Below, piece by piece: positions 47,401 to 55,203 of a DNA stretch of 64,000 nucleotides (positions within the stretch are counted from its first letter, which is position 1; each line of letters opens with the position of its first letter). The position numbers were made by a program, and so were the translations under genes. The notes below the pieces were generated by a model. It saw only the letters and a program-made list of their open reading frames with translations. It did no database searches and was not told the DNA's origin. Source of the DNA: an uncultured Bacteroides sp. (lineage in GTDB: Bacteria; Bacteroidota; Bacteroidia; Bacteroidales; GCA-2748055); the NCBI GenBank assembly GCA_964500835.1, contig CAZCQL010000004.1, forward strand, positions 10,590 to 74,589, in the 5' to 3' direction.

Positions 47401-48921
47401 TTTACCCGACTTTTTTGGTTTCCATGCCATCACATTGTGATCAATAGATGTGTTCCCTACAGCCATTTCTGTGATCACATAATCGGTAAAATTTTTAATA
47501 TCCACGATTCTTGCCACCGAATCATAATTCGCTGTCAATGAGAGATCCTGACTGAGCAGCGAAAGAAGGTGGTTATATGCAACAAGGTCACCCGCTTCGG
47601 CGAAGTTTTCATTCTCCACTAAATCGAAACTCCCGGGTTCCATGTGGTAGCTTTTTTCAATGTAGTCATCATCCGCCTTCTCCCTTATATTGTGAATACC
47701 CATATATTCTCCATTGATATATACGACGGAGGGCCTGAAACCCAAAATATCAATATCCATATTTAATAAGGTCGCATGCTGTGAGAGCATATCTCTGAAA
47801 AGTGTATAACTCCAGTCACTTCCCGAGGCCCTAAGAGCAAAGGACTTATAACTGTTACGCGTGCGTTGATGAAGAACCGGATATGTCAGGTTGCCCGATC
47901 CGTATTGTTTCTTAAAATAGATTCCGAGCATTTTTTGAGGCAACTGCCATGAATGGAGACCATTAATCTTGGCTCCTGCCAGTTCGTTAAATGCAGCGCG
48001 ATCACTGCCATTGTTTTCAAAAAGTTCGATGTTTACCGGGATATCCCAACGCGGCTTGAAATCCTGGACATAAATTCCTGTTTGCGGGTCCCAGATATTT
48101 TCCGGAGCTGTGGCCAGGGATACCACCGGCAATTTTTCCTGAACAGAATTCTCATTAAGAAAGTATGATTGCGTGTATGTCGGACCAGGAATCAGACCGG
48201 CTTTAAAGATCCGCGACCGAACAATGGTTGTGGACTCGACGGGTATTGAAGACGAATAGATCCTTGAACGTAAATCGGGTTCTGATCCATCTGAAGTATA
48301 GCGAATTTCTCCGTCAAAATCGGTGTCCAGTTCCACAGAGAGTGGCGTGGAATAAAAACCACCCCTGACTGAAAAATTCGGTATGCTGCTGACAAACCCA
48401 TGGAATGGTTCAGTAGTATTTGAGGCATTGGGAGTCGACTGTGGAAAGAAACCCCATTCGCTGTTACCGTCGGAAATCCTTCCCAGCGAAACATCTGTTT
48501 TCTGTTTAGAAAAGGAAACGGAATCAATCAAAATAAGCTCAGGGGAAAAGAGCCCTATTTCTTCACCCAGAGACGATAATTTATAACCGGTATGCAAACC
48601 AACGTTTTTGCCGTCGGCCCAGATAAGCAAATAGCTGCCTGCAGCAATTGAAACATCAAAGGAAATTTGCCACTTATCAGGAACCTTGAAATTATCTGTG
48701 ATAAAATACCCGTTCAAGTTCAGGTCGACCGGTCCCCCATTATAAAGTTCAATCCAGTCGGCAAAATCAGTGTAATCAGGATCTTCAATCTGGGTTGAAT
48801 TGGAAGCTGCAAACTCGTTAATCACCAGTTGCCCCCGGGCAGCAAGTCCAGTTGTAAATAACTCGATAACCAGTGTCATCCGGAAACAGTATGTTGCCAA
48901 GTTTTTTTTCACATGAACCAT
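44410..48921 (-). CDS. T9SS-secreted CotH-family kinase with lamin-tail domains, Fn3-associated domain and beta-helix
   Basis: LTD (LVINEFAASN, DWIELYN; second VMINQF), PNFSVRGGFY...IRYTSDGSEP, CotH core (NGEYMGIHNIRE, WVLLDTD), parallel beta-helix (DAIDYD, DAIDIG, DKGVSIG), CTD KIFPNP...EKVILLK. Confidence 0.85.
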   Translation of the reverse strand: MVHVKKNLATYCFRMTLVIELFTTGLAARGQLVINEFAASNSTQIEDPDYTDFADWIELYNGGPVDLNLNGYFITDNFKVPDKWQISFDVSIAAGSYLLIWADGKNVGLHTGYKLSSLGEEIGLFSPELILIDSVSFSKQKTDVSLGRISDGNSEWGFFPQSTPNASNTTEPFHGFVSSIPNFSVRGGFYSTPLSVELDTDFDGEIRYTSDGSEPDLRSRIYSSSIPVESTTIVRSRIFKAGLIPGPTYTQSYFLNENSVQEKLPVVSLATAPENIWDPQTGIYVQDFKPRWDIPVNIELFENNGSDRAAFNELAGAKINGLHSWQLPQKMLGIYFKKQYGSGNLTYPVLHQRTRNSYKSFALRASGSDWSYTLFRDMLSQHATLLNMDIDILGFRPSVVYINGEYMGIHNIREKADDDYIEKSYHMEPGSFDLVENENFAEAGDLVAYNHLLSLLSQDLSLTANYDSVARIVDIKNFTDYVITEMAVGNTSIDHNVMAWKPKKSGKWKWVLLDTDRGYFNPTSNLISFYISKQQLLLKELLDNQSYKDYFARRLAGHLFTSFNPTRMKQLIKGHVKDIEAEIPRHVSRWEGTTSAYGNAMPSVDYWKSEVEKLKIFVKERPYALLADMKSHGYSASANLRLAIFPENAGSLKIDQLIVPGSFCSGPFLKDMPVELLAENKPGYEFLGWAKSVRQTIVPKGSVWKYLDTGADLGTSWIGDGYSDVSWKSGNAQLGYGDGDESTVVGFGADSQNKYITTYFRKKFTVSEQEKHKGQFTINLLKDDGAIVYLNGVEIARSNMNSGNVNYHTEATQAMSGNAESTYISYMVDSSLMHAGGNILAVEVHQYHSTSSDISFDLELSVYQSSNLIVSESKLYTLVLEEDISLTALYTATSNCIIPDTISEDLTLSAACSPYLARGEVTVNENATLTIEPGVEIWMPTGASISVRGIVHALGTRDNGITIRLNPDYETGSWGIISFRNTPRESILNYLTIEDASIGPDPVIDIAAISAFHADLVLDNLTLTNVRRNPISARYSGITLTNSNLHSEVTGDLINVKYGSAIIKNCRFVGNDRPDTDAIDYDEIENGIIRNCQIRDFLGVNSDAIDIGENSTNISIDSIFVFNITDKGVSIGQRSSASIQNSVFINCHTGVAVKDSGRTIINQCIFYNNVDAVASYEKNLGFAGGNVRITNSILSNTSHAPLYVDPYSSLEISFSLTDNPLVPGQSSNLFGNPLFERPSFFDFRLNSESPGLLSGLHDGISVDMGTQILHDDIEPAVMINQFYINAGNLNVPEFLSLYNPSSLQVDLSNFSITKGITVTLPEGTLLDPKEVIYLTDDVAFPGWRSQPYEVLKWESGKLSNNGEGIQLEDNHGIVIDFLQYENIGRWPMEGFSDLGVFQLMDPGLDNHFPENWVVDSLEHVVSVPPAAAQVALKIFPNPTRRTVTIEGLHYPQQLIEIYNLNGQLAGKAVLNEFGKAILDLSVYNSNFLLIKIGSHVEKVILLK

Positions 48922-49033
48922 AGTATCGTACGCTTCTTATTGTTCCTTAATTCGATTGTCCATTCAGATAAACTGATGGTTGCAGGGGAGATATGGAAAA
49001 GAGTTCAAAGATATGTTCTTTTTCAGAAATTTT

Positions 49034-49041
49034 TAGCTTTG
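49034..49041 (+). promoter_or_regulatory. -7 box (TAGCTTTG) immediately before the methyltransferase start
   Basis: Exact TAnnTTTG; ATG follows 4 nt later at 49046. Confidence 0.55.
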
Positions 49042-49045
49042 TTAC

Positions 49046-49786
49046 ATGATCAATGAAATAGCCGAACCCAGGGAAATAAAACCCATCACCATGCCTGGAG
49101 TTCATAGCCGGGTCTACAGCTATCTTAAAAGACATATTAGTCCAAAGAAACACAAGAAGGTTCTGGATATTGGGGCTGGTCACGGAGCTATGTCAAAGAG
49201 ACTGTATGAAGAAGGCTTCAGTGTTTCTGCCTGTGATTACGATCCTAAGAACTTCTATCTCGAGAACGTAGAATGCAAGTGGGCTGATATTACCAATAAG
49301 CTTCCGTACGAAGATAATAGTTTCCATGTAGTTTTGCTGGTTGAAGTGATGGAGCACATACACGATCATCTCACCCTGTTCCAGGAATGTTTCAGGGTAT
49401 TGAAGAAAGATGGCATTGTGTTTTTTTCAACCCCAAATATCCTCTCATTAAAATCCCGGATCCGCTTTTTGTTCACCGGATTCTTTTATGCATTTTATCC
49501 ACTGGATCAAAACAGAAATGACGGGAGACAACACGTCTCCTCTTTAACGGTTGAACAGTATTCCCATTTATCCAGGATCTCTGGATTCCGAAATATCGAG
49601 GTTACGATTGATAAAAAACAAAAGTCCTCGTTATGGTGGTCCGGATTAGTTCCGTTTATCTGGGCATGGTGCCACATAAAAGGAATCCCTTACAGACTCC
49701 ATAATAAAAACGAGTTCCTCATGGGACGGCTGTTGTTCTTTAAATTGGACAAGCAGGATGATGAAATGTTGGCGGATGAGATTTAG
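49046..49786 (+). CDS. Class I SAM-dependent methyltransferase
   Basis: VLDIGAGHG, LPYEDNSFHVV, EVMEHI, FFSTPN. Confidence 0.9.
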   Translation: MINEIAEPREIKPITMPGVHSRVYSYLKRHISPKKHKKVLDIGAGHGAMSKRLYEEGFSVSACDYDPKNFYLENVECKWADITNKLPYEDNSFHVVLLVEVMEHIHDHLTLFQECFRVLKKDGIVFFSTPNILSLKSRIRFLFTGFFYAFYPLDQNRNDGRQHVSSLTVEQYSHLSRISGFRNIEVTIDKKQKSSLWWSGLVPFIWAWCHIKGIPYRLHNKNEFLMGRLLFFKLDKQDDEMLADEI

Positions 49787-50498
49787 CCGGGGCATACTGT
49801 TTTTATTACTTCTGCCTATGGGTGCCAGTGTGTTTTCCCAGGTACAGGACAGCCTGCGTACAAAATTATTAATTCACCGCAGTATTTTGCCCATCGGTTT
49901 CATTGGTGCCGGGATAATTGCAAACCATGGTCAGTTTGAACAAAACCTCGCAGCGGATTTAAGAAATAAAGTGGGCCACGATTTCAACTTGCGTATCGAT
50001 GATTATTTGCAGTATGCACCAGTTGTGGAATTATATATGGCAGATATTTTAGGAGTCAAAAGCAGGCATCATTGGTTTGATCAGACAAAATATTTGCTCA
50101 TCTCAAATCTTCTTTCGTCGAGTATTACACACGGATTAAAGCGATTAACGGTAAAAAGCCGCCCCAATGGATCTCCCTATTCATTTCCATCCGGGCATAC
50201 GACTTTTGCATTTACCAATGCTGCTGTTCTGTGTAATGAATTTTATCAAACTTCGCCCGTTTTGGCGTACAGTGGCTTTGCGTTTGCGGCAGCAACAGGG
50301 ACATTCAGGATGCTAAACAATAAACACTGGATTTCAGATGTGCTTGCAGGTGCCGGAATTGGAATACTCGTTACAGAATTAATCTATTATTTTGAGCCCT
50401 TTAAAGCGTTTAATCCCTTTAAAAAATCAAAGACAGTTTCCTTTATTCCGAAGTTTTCAGACCACGATTATGGCTTCTATTTTTCATACAAACTTTGA
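49776..50498 (+). CDS. PAP2 family phosphatase
   Basis: KSRP, SFPSGHT, RMLNNKHWISDVLAGAGIG; overlaps the methyltransferase stop. Confidence 0.88.
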   Translation: MRFSRGILFLLLLPMGASVFSQVQDSLRTKLLIHRSILPIGFIGAGIIANHGQFEQNLAADLRNKVGHDFNLRIDDYLQYAPVVELYMADILGVKSRHHWFDQTKYLLISNLLSSSITHGLKRLTVKSRPNGSPYSFPSGHTTFAFTNAAVLCNEFYQTSPVLAYSGFAFAAATGTFRMLNNKHWISDVLAGAGIGILVTELIYYFEPFKAFNPFKKSKTVSFIPKFSDHDYGFYFSYKL

Positions 50499-50518
50499 GA
50501 TTTCCGGATGGATGGATC

Positions 50519-50780
50519 CGCAAACCACATCACGCGGGCTCCGAAAGCATCATGGACATAGGAAGCCATAACAAATGCCACAGCCATGGAAATCAGTACA
50601 TCATTCTCACTTCAAATGTGCTTGTATTAGCTGCATTTAGAGACCGGGAAAATTGTGTCCATCCCCACCAGATAAGCAAAAAAACAAGTGTGGCCTGGAG
50701 TATATGGATTTCATCCAGGTTGTGTGCAGAAAAAGCTCAACAAAGTCAGCCCCCTGATCCCCGGGCGAAACTATTTTTTT
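50519..50780 (-). pseudogene. ltrA: Frameshifted, truncated low-temperature requirement protein A (LtrA) remnant
   Basis: Three minus-strand frames read KKIVSPGDQGADFVELF / LVFLLIWWGWTQFSRSLNAANT / ISMAVAFVMASYVHDAFGARVMWFA, in the order expected for the LtrA N-terminal third; no start codon. Confidence 0.65.
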
Positions 50781-52342
50781 GACCTGATAAATAAGAATGC
50801 CATGAGTCCTCCCAAAAAGGTTAATAGTGAAGCGATATAGACGACTTTATTGAAGGCAACAATAAATGATTCATTCAGATGCATCTGTACAATCGCCCTG
50901 GTTTCCCCGGGAAGTTTCTCTGGCACCTGCGCTGCGGTGAAATTTGTCGATTCTATCATAATTTCACTTTTCATTTCATTTGATATGTCCATAGAAGATA
51001 TTTCCTTCTCCAGCGTTCTATTGAAGGAGAACAAAACTAAAGCTCCCATTAGCGCAACGGCAAGCACCCCGGCCGCTCTGGCCACCGTGTTGTTGATGCC
51101 TGATGCAATACCCGCATTGTCATCGGAAACGGCACCCATTACCGCAGTAGTAAGAGGCGCAACTGTAATTCCCATACCAATTCCAATGAGCAAAAAAGAA
51201 AGAAAGAATGTATTCCAATAATCCTGAGGTCCGGAGGTAATTCCGTAAGTAGAGAAAATGAAAAAACCGGCACTCGTAATTAAAGGCCCAATCATAAGCG
51301 GAATCCGTACTCCTCTCCGATCAACAATTTTTCCGATAATGGATGATATACCAGCTATACATATAATTATGGGGAGCATAGCCAGCCCTGCATTTAGTTC
51401 ACTATAACCCTGTATCTGAATTAGGTTGAGAGGCAGAAAAAACATTGCACCGCCAAGAGCTGCATACACAAATAGCGTCAGAAGATTACCACCACTGAAA
51501 GTGGAAGACTTAAATAATCTTAATGGCATCATCGGATGTGTTGAATTATTTTGTGAAATAATAAAAGCAATTATCGCAATTCCACCGACAAGTAAAGAAG
51601 ACATGATTTTAAGATTCCCAAAACCGTTTTTGGGGGACTCGATAAATCCGAATGTAATTCCGGCTAGTCCAAGGGTCACCAGTAGCGCACCTGTCAAATC
51701 CAATTTTTCAGCATTGGGATTTTGTGATTCAGGAACTTGGGTGATCATTGTGACGAATACAAAAACGGATAACGGGACATTGATGAAGAAAATAACTCTC
51801 CAAAGCCCTAAACCGGCTAACCATCCTCCTAATATTGGTCCGAAGATAGCAGTTAATGCACTAAAGGCGGACCATAAACCAATCGCTTTCCCACGGCTTT
51901 CAATCCCAAATTGCGAACTTAGTATTGATAGGCTGCCCGGAGTTAGCAACGCTCCGCCTATTCCTTGAAAGGCCCTCGCAATTATTAATTGCAGTGGGGT
52001 CCGGGAAACTCCACAAACCAAGGAAGACATTGAAAATAATCCCAAGCCGATTAAGAATATTTTATTTCTGCCATACAGATCACCGAGAGACCCTCCAACC
52101 AACAGGAGGGCTGATAAAAAGAGTGCGTACCCGTTGATCACCCAGAGCAATTGTGTGCCAGTTATTCCTAAGTCTTCTTGCAGGGTGGGTAGTGCTACAT
52201 TTAATGCGGTGCTATCGATAAATACCATACTGGATGCCAGGATCGTAGCGAGAAGCGTCCATTTTTGTGTAGCTGTATAACCTGAATTTACAGAACTCAA
52301 TGATCGATGTAGTTTATACTGATTAAGAAACTTAATCTTCAA
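50771..52342 (-). CDS. MFS transporter, DHA2 (EmrB/QacA) family
   Basis: About 14 hydrophobic segments; motif A GSLGDLYGRNK, RAFQGIGGA, GPILGGWL, WRVIFFINVP. Exact start uncertain. Confidence 0.9.
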   Translation of the reverse strand: MKIKFLNQYKLHRSLSSVNSGYTATQKWTLLATILASSMVFIDSTALNVALPTLQEDLGITGTQLLWVINGYALFLSALLLVGGSLGDLYGRNKIFLIGLGLFSMSSLVCGVSRTPLQLIIARAFQGIGGALLTPGSLSILSSQFGIESRGKAIGLWSAFSALTAIFGPILGGWLAGLGLWRVIFFINVPLSVFVFVTMITQVPESQNPNAEKLDLTGALLVTLGLAGITFGFIESPKNGFGNLKIMSSLLVGGIAIIAFIISQNNSTHPMMPLRLFKSSTFSGGNLLTLFVYAALGGAMFFLPLNLIQIQGYSELNAGLAMLPIIICIAGISSIIGKIVDRRGVRIPLMIGPLITSAGFFIFSTYGITSGPQDYWNTFFLSFLLIGIGMGITVAPLTTAVMGAVSDDNAGIASGINNTVARAAGVLAVALMGALVLFSFNRTLEKEISSMDISNEMKSEIMIESTNFTAAQVPEKLPGETRAIVQMHLNESFIVAFNKVVYIASLLTFLGGLMAFLFIRSKK

Positions 52343-52452
52343 ACAACGATTTGATCATTTTGTGCGAACAGTGGAGTCTTCTCCATTAAGAATGAAAAGC
52401 GAGAGCGATGGTTGGTCCGACCCAAAATCTTCCTTTTGGAATAGCAACCACA

Positions 52453-53316
52453 TTAGTTTCTCCTTTCCAGAAAAATAGCAATCCTACTATAAAGGGAGGC
52501 CATTTCTTCTGGGGGGTTGTTTCCTGGCAAGCCTGACAAATCGATTAAATAAGAGTGGAACAACGATTGGTTGATGTGACGTTCCATTGATTCTCCTTCA
52601 AATGTATCCCCTTCATTTGAAAAATCAGCCTCTGAAATTTCTGAAGTGACTAATTTATAGGCTGTTGTAAAATATTCAAGTGCCTTGGAATCGTTTCCCT
52701 TTTTCCAGAAAATATATCCTGACAGAAAATTTGAAATATCATTCTCAGGGTCGGTTCCCAAGACAGTGGAGAAATATTCCATCGATTGAGTCACATTTCC
52801 CTGGTATAGTGAAATTTGACCTAAATGAATGAGGGGTTGAATAAAATCCGGGTTTATTGCTAAAGCCTTTTTTAACTCTGATACGGCTTTCCCCAGGTCG
52901 AATAGTTCGTTGGAAGCAGGCTGCATATAAAGATAACCCAATTGGTAATGGGCTCTTGCACTGTGATTGTTTAGCCTTACTAAATGTAACCAGGTGGCTT
53001 CGGCTTCCTGACGATTCCCCGATTCAAGAAACATATTCCCAAGATAGTAAAGAGCATCTTCATGCTCCGGGTTTATTCCTAAAGCCTCTTCGTATCTTTC
53101 AATAGCTTTACTCCATTCGCTGTTAATTCGAAAAGCAGTTGCTTCCCGGTACAGAGACCAAAATTCTTTATTATGTACAAGCTGCGGGTTTTCGATAGAA
53201 TTGTCTGATGGCCGGCTATTTCCCTTATCCCTATTTTTAACAATCGTGACTATAATAAATGCCGATATCAGGGCCGCAATGAGAATGAGCCAAGTCTTAT
53301 TGATCATGCGCGTCAA
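52453..53316 (-). CDS. Membrane-anchored tetratricopeptide-repeat protein
   Basis: N-terminal hydrophobic anchor; TPR pattern YEEALGINPEHEDALYYLG, AHYQLG, ALAINPD, VLGTDPEN; start overlaps the CRTAC1 stop. Confidence 0.85.
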   Translation of the reverse strand: MTRMINKTWLILIAALISAFIIVTIVKNRDKGNSRPSDNSIENPQLVHNKEFWSLYREATAFRINSEWSKAIERYEEALGINPEHEDALYYLGNMFLESGNRQEAEATWLHLVRLNNHSARAHYQLGYLYMQPASNELFDLGKAVSELKKALAINPDFIQPLIHLGQISLYQGNVTQSMEYFSTVLGTDPENDISNFLSGYIFWKKGNDSKALEYFTTAYKLVTSEISEADFSNEGDTFEGESMERHINQSLFHSYLIDLSGLPGNNPPEEMASLYSRIAIFLERRN

Positions 53317-55126
53317 TCTTATAATTACCTCTTCCTTCAGTGATTTCCAACGTCTGGTTTATCATCGGATCGTACAGTGATTGTGTATAGCCGGAAGGCC
53401 AGATAATCTCCAAACTATCAATCCTCCGGTCACTGCCAAGTCCAAAATGTTGCGTCAAACTGTTTTGAGATAAATATGAGCCCTGTGAACCGACTTCAGC
53501 AACCTGGATTCCAGATGCTGAGAATACCCTGATTCTTGCACCAAACGCATCAGCATTACTTTTCTCCCCTTTGAGTTTTGCCTGAAACCACGAGCCAGAG
53601 TTTCCGCCAGAATTATTCAGCAATTTGCCGGGACCCCCGTTGTTTGCTACATAAATGTCCAGGTCTCCATCTTTGTCATAATCTGCAATTGCAGCTCCGC
53701 GTCCAACATATTCCTGATCAAAATATTCTCCGCTGACAGATGAAACATCAAAGAAACCCTCTTTTTTTCCCTTATTCCAAAATAATTTATCCGCCATCGG
53801 GATCAGTAATTCGGGGTTCTCGCGCTGCTGAAAGGTGCTTCCATTAGCGACAAAAAGATCAAGTAACCCATCGTTATTGTAGTCAAAGAAAGCTGTTCCA
53901 AACCCAATAAATTCAAGAGCTATCTGTCCAAGTCCATAACGATCCGCTTCATCCATAAACCTGACCTGGCCAGGACCGGATATGTGTAATGCGCGGCTTT
54001 GAACCAATAGATTGCTGTAGAGTGCATTTTCCTGTGCAATCCAATGGGTGATAAACATATCCATATCTGTATCACGGTCCCAGTCACCCACCGCTATTCC
54101 CATCGCACCACGGTAATCGGCAACGAATGAGGAATGGCTTATTTCTTCGAATGTCCCGTTTCCCAAATTCCTGTAGAGTACATTGTCAGAAACGTCGTTG
54201 GCCACATAAAGGTCCGGCCAGCCGTCTTCATCAAAATCACACCAGACGGCCTCCAGACTCCGGCCCTCTTTATTCTGAACCCCTGCTTTTTCAGCTACTT
54301 CCGAAAAGGTGCCATTTCCTTTGTTTACGAATAACAGGTTATTCGCCGGAGAGAATGAGGATGGATTGATACTCGAGGGAACTTCAACATTAAATTGCAT
54401 GCTTACATTTTCGGATTCCTGAGGTGTAAACTCCACATAACCACAAATATACAGATCAATAAAACCATCCTTGTTAAAATCTCCCCAGGACGCCCCGGCC
54501 CAGTAACCTTCCTCCGAACCAATGTTGCTTAGAGTACTGATATTGGTGAATTTTCCGTTCTGGTCATTGCGGTATAAGGTGTTCCGGCCATAGGAAGTCA
54601 CCACAAGGTCTATCCATCCATCATTGTTGAAATCTCCCCATGCCGCTGCATTCCCCCAGTTTGAAAGGCCAGTTTGTGAATTATCTGTCACATCGGTAAA
54701 AGTTCCATCGCCATTGTTGCGAAACAGCGCTGATCTTGAGGATGAGTCAGAGTGCCGATCCGGATCATTTTGAACCGGACCGTTGAAGTTAACCACGTAC
54801 AGATCCGGCCAGCCGTCATTGTTGAAGTCACCCCAGGCAGCTCCCGAGCCCATATCTTCTGGTAACTGGGTTGTTCTTGTGCTGTTAAAATGAAGAAAGT
54901 CTATCCCTGCTTCGCTGGACAGATCTGTAAAAGTTACTTTCGGATAGTCTGCAGGCAAACCTCTCTCAAGGTCTGAAGTGAGGCCGGCAATATTCTCCCC
55001 CGGGATATATTCCTCGTGCTTGTTGGAAGTAATCCAGAAAACACTGATTAATGCAAATACAAATGCTCCGCCAAAGAGGGCGGTATGAATGAGTCGTCTT
55101 TGTCTTTTTGTCCGTTTTTTCTTCAT
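53297..55126 (-). CDS. CRTAC1-family protein (FG-GAP/VCBS repeats plus ASPIC/UnbV domain), N-terminally anchored
   Basis: Repeats WGDFNNDGWPDLY, GDFNNDGWIDL, GDFNKDGFIDL, DFDEDGWPDL, DYDKDGDLDI; C-terminal SNADAFGARI...SYLSQN...HFGLG...WPSG. Confidence 0.92.
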   Translation of the reverse strand: MKKKRTKRQRRLIHTALFGGAFVFALISVFWITSNKHEEYIPGENIAGLTSDLERGLPADYPKVTFTDLSSEAGIDFLHFNSTRTTQLPEDMGSGAAWGDFNNDGWPDLYVVNFNGPVQNDPDRHSDSSSRSALFRNNGDGTFTDVTDNSQTGLSNWGNAAAWGDFNNDGWIDLVVTSYGRNTLYRNDQNGKFTNISTLSNIGSEEGYWAGASWGDFNKDGFIDLYICGYVEFTPQESENVSMQFNVEVPSSINPSSFSPANNLLFVNKGNGTFSEVAEKAGVQNKEGRSLEAVWCDFDEDGWPDLYVANDVSDNVLYRNLGNGTFEEISHSSFVADYRGAMGIAVGDWDRDTDMDMFITHWIAQENALYSNLLVQSRALHISGPGQVRFMDEADRYGLGQIALEFIGFGTAFFDYNNDGLLDLFVANGSTFQQRENPELLIPMADKLFWNKGKKEGFFDVSSVSGEYFDQEYVGRGAAIADYDKDGDLDIYVANNGGPGKLLNNSGGNSGSWFQAKLKGEKSNADAFGARIRVFSASGIQVAEVGSQGSYLSQNSLTQHFGLGSDRRIDSLEIIWPSGYTQSLYDPMINQTLEITEGRGNYKIDAHDQ

Positions 55127-55203
55127 ATTTCTGTCCAGGTGATAAAGCAGGATCTGTAGTTGAGTCCTTCTTGGTCACAAAATTAAACTTTTGAATAGAG
55201 ATC

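Noticed and set aside
50495-50782. 95-aa plus-strand ORF filling the PAP2-MFS gap
   Set aside because: No motif; the opposite strand carries LtrA-like segments in three frames.
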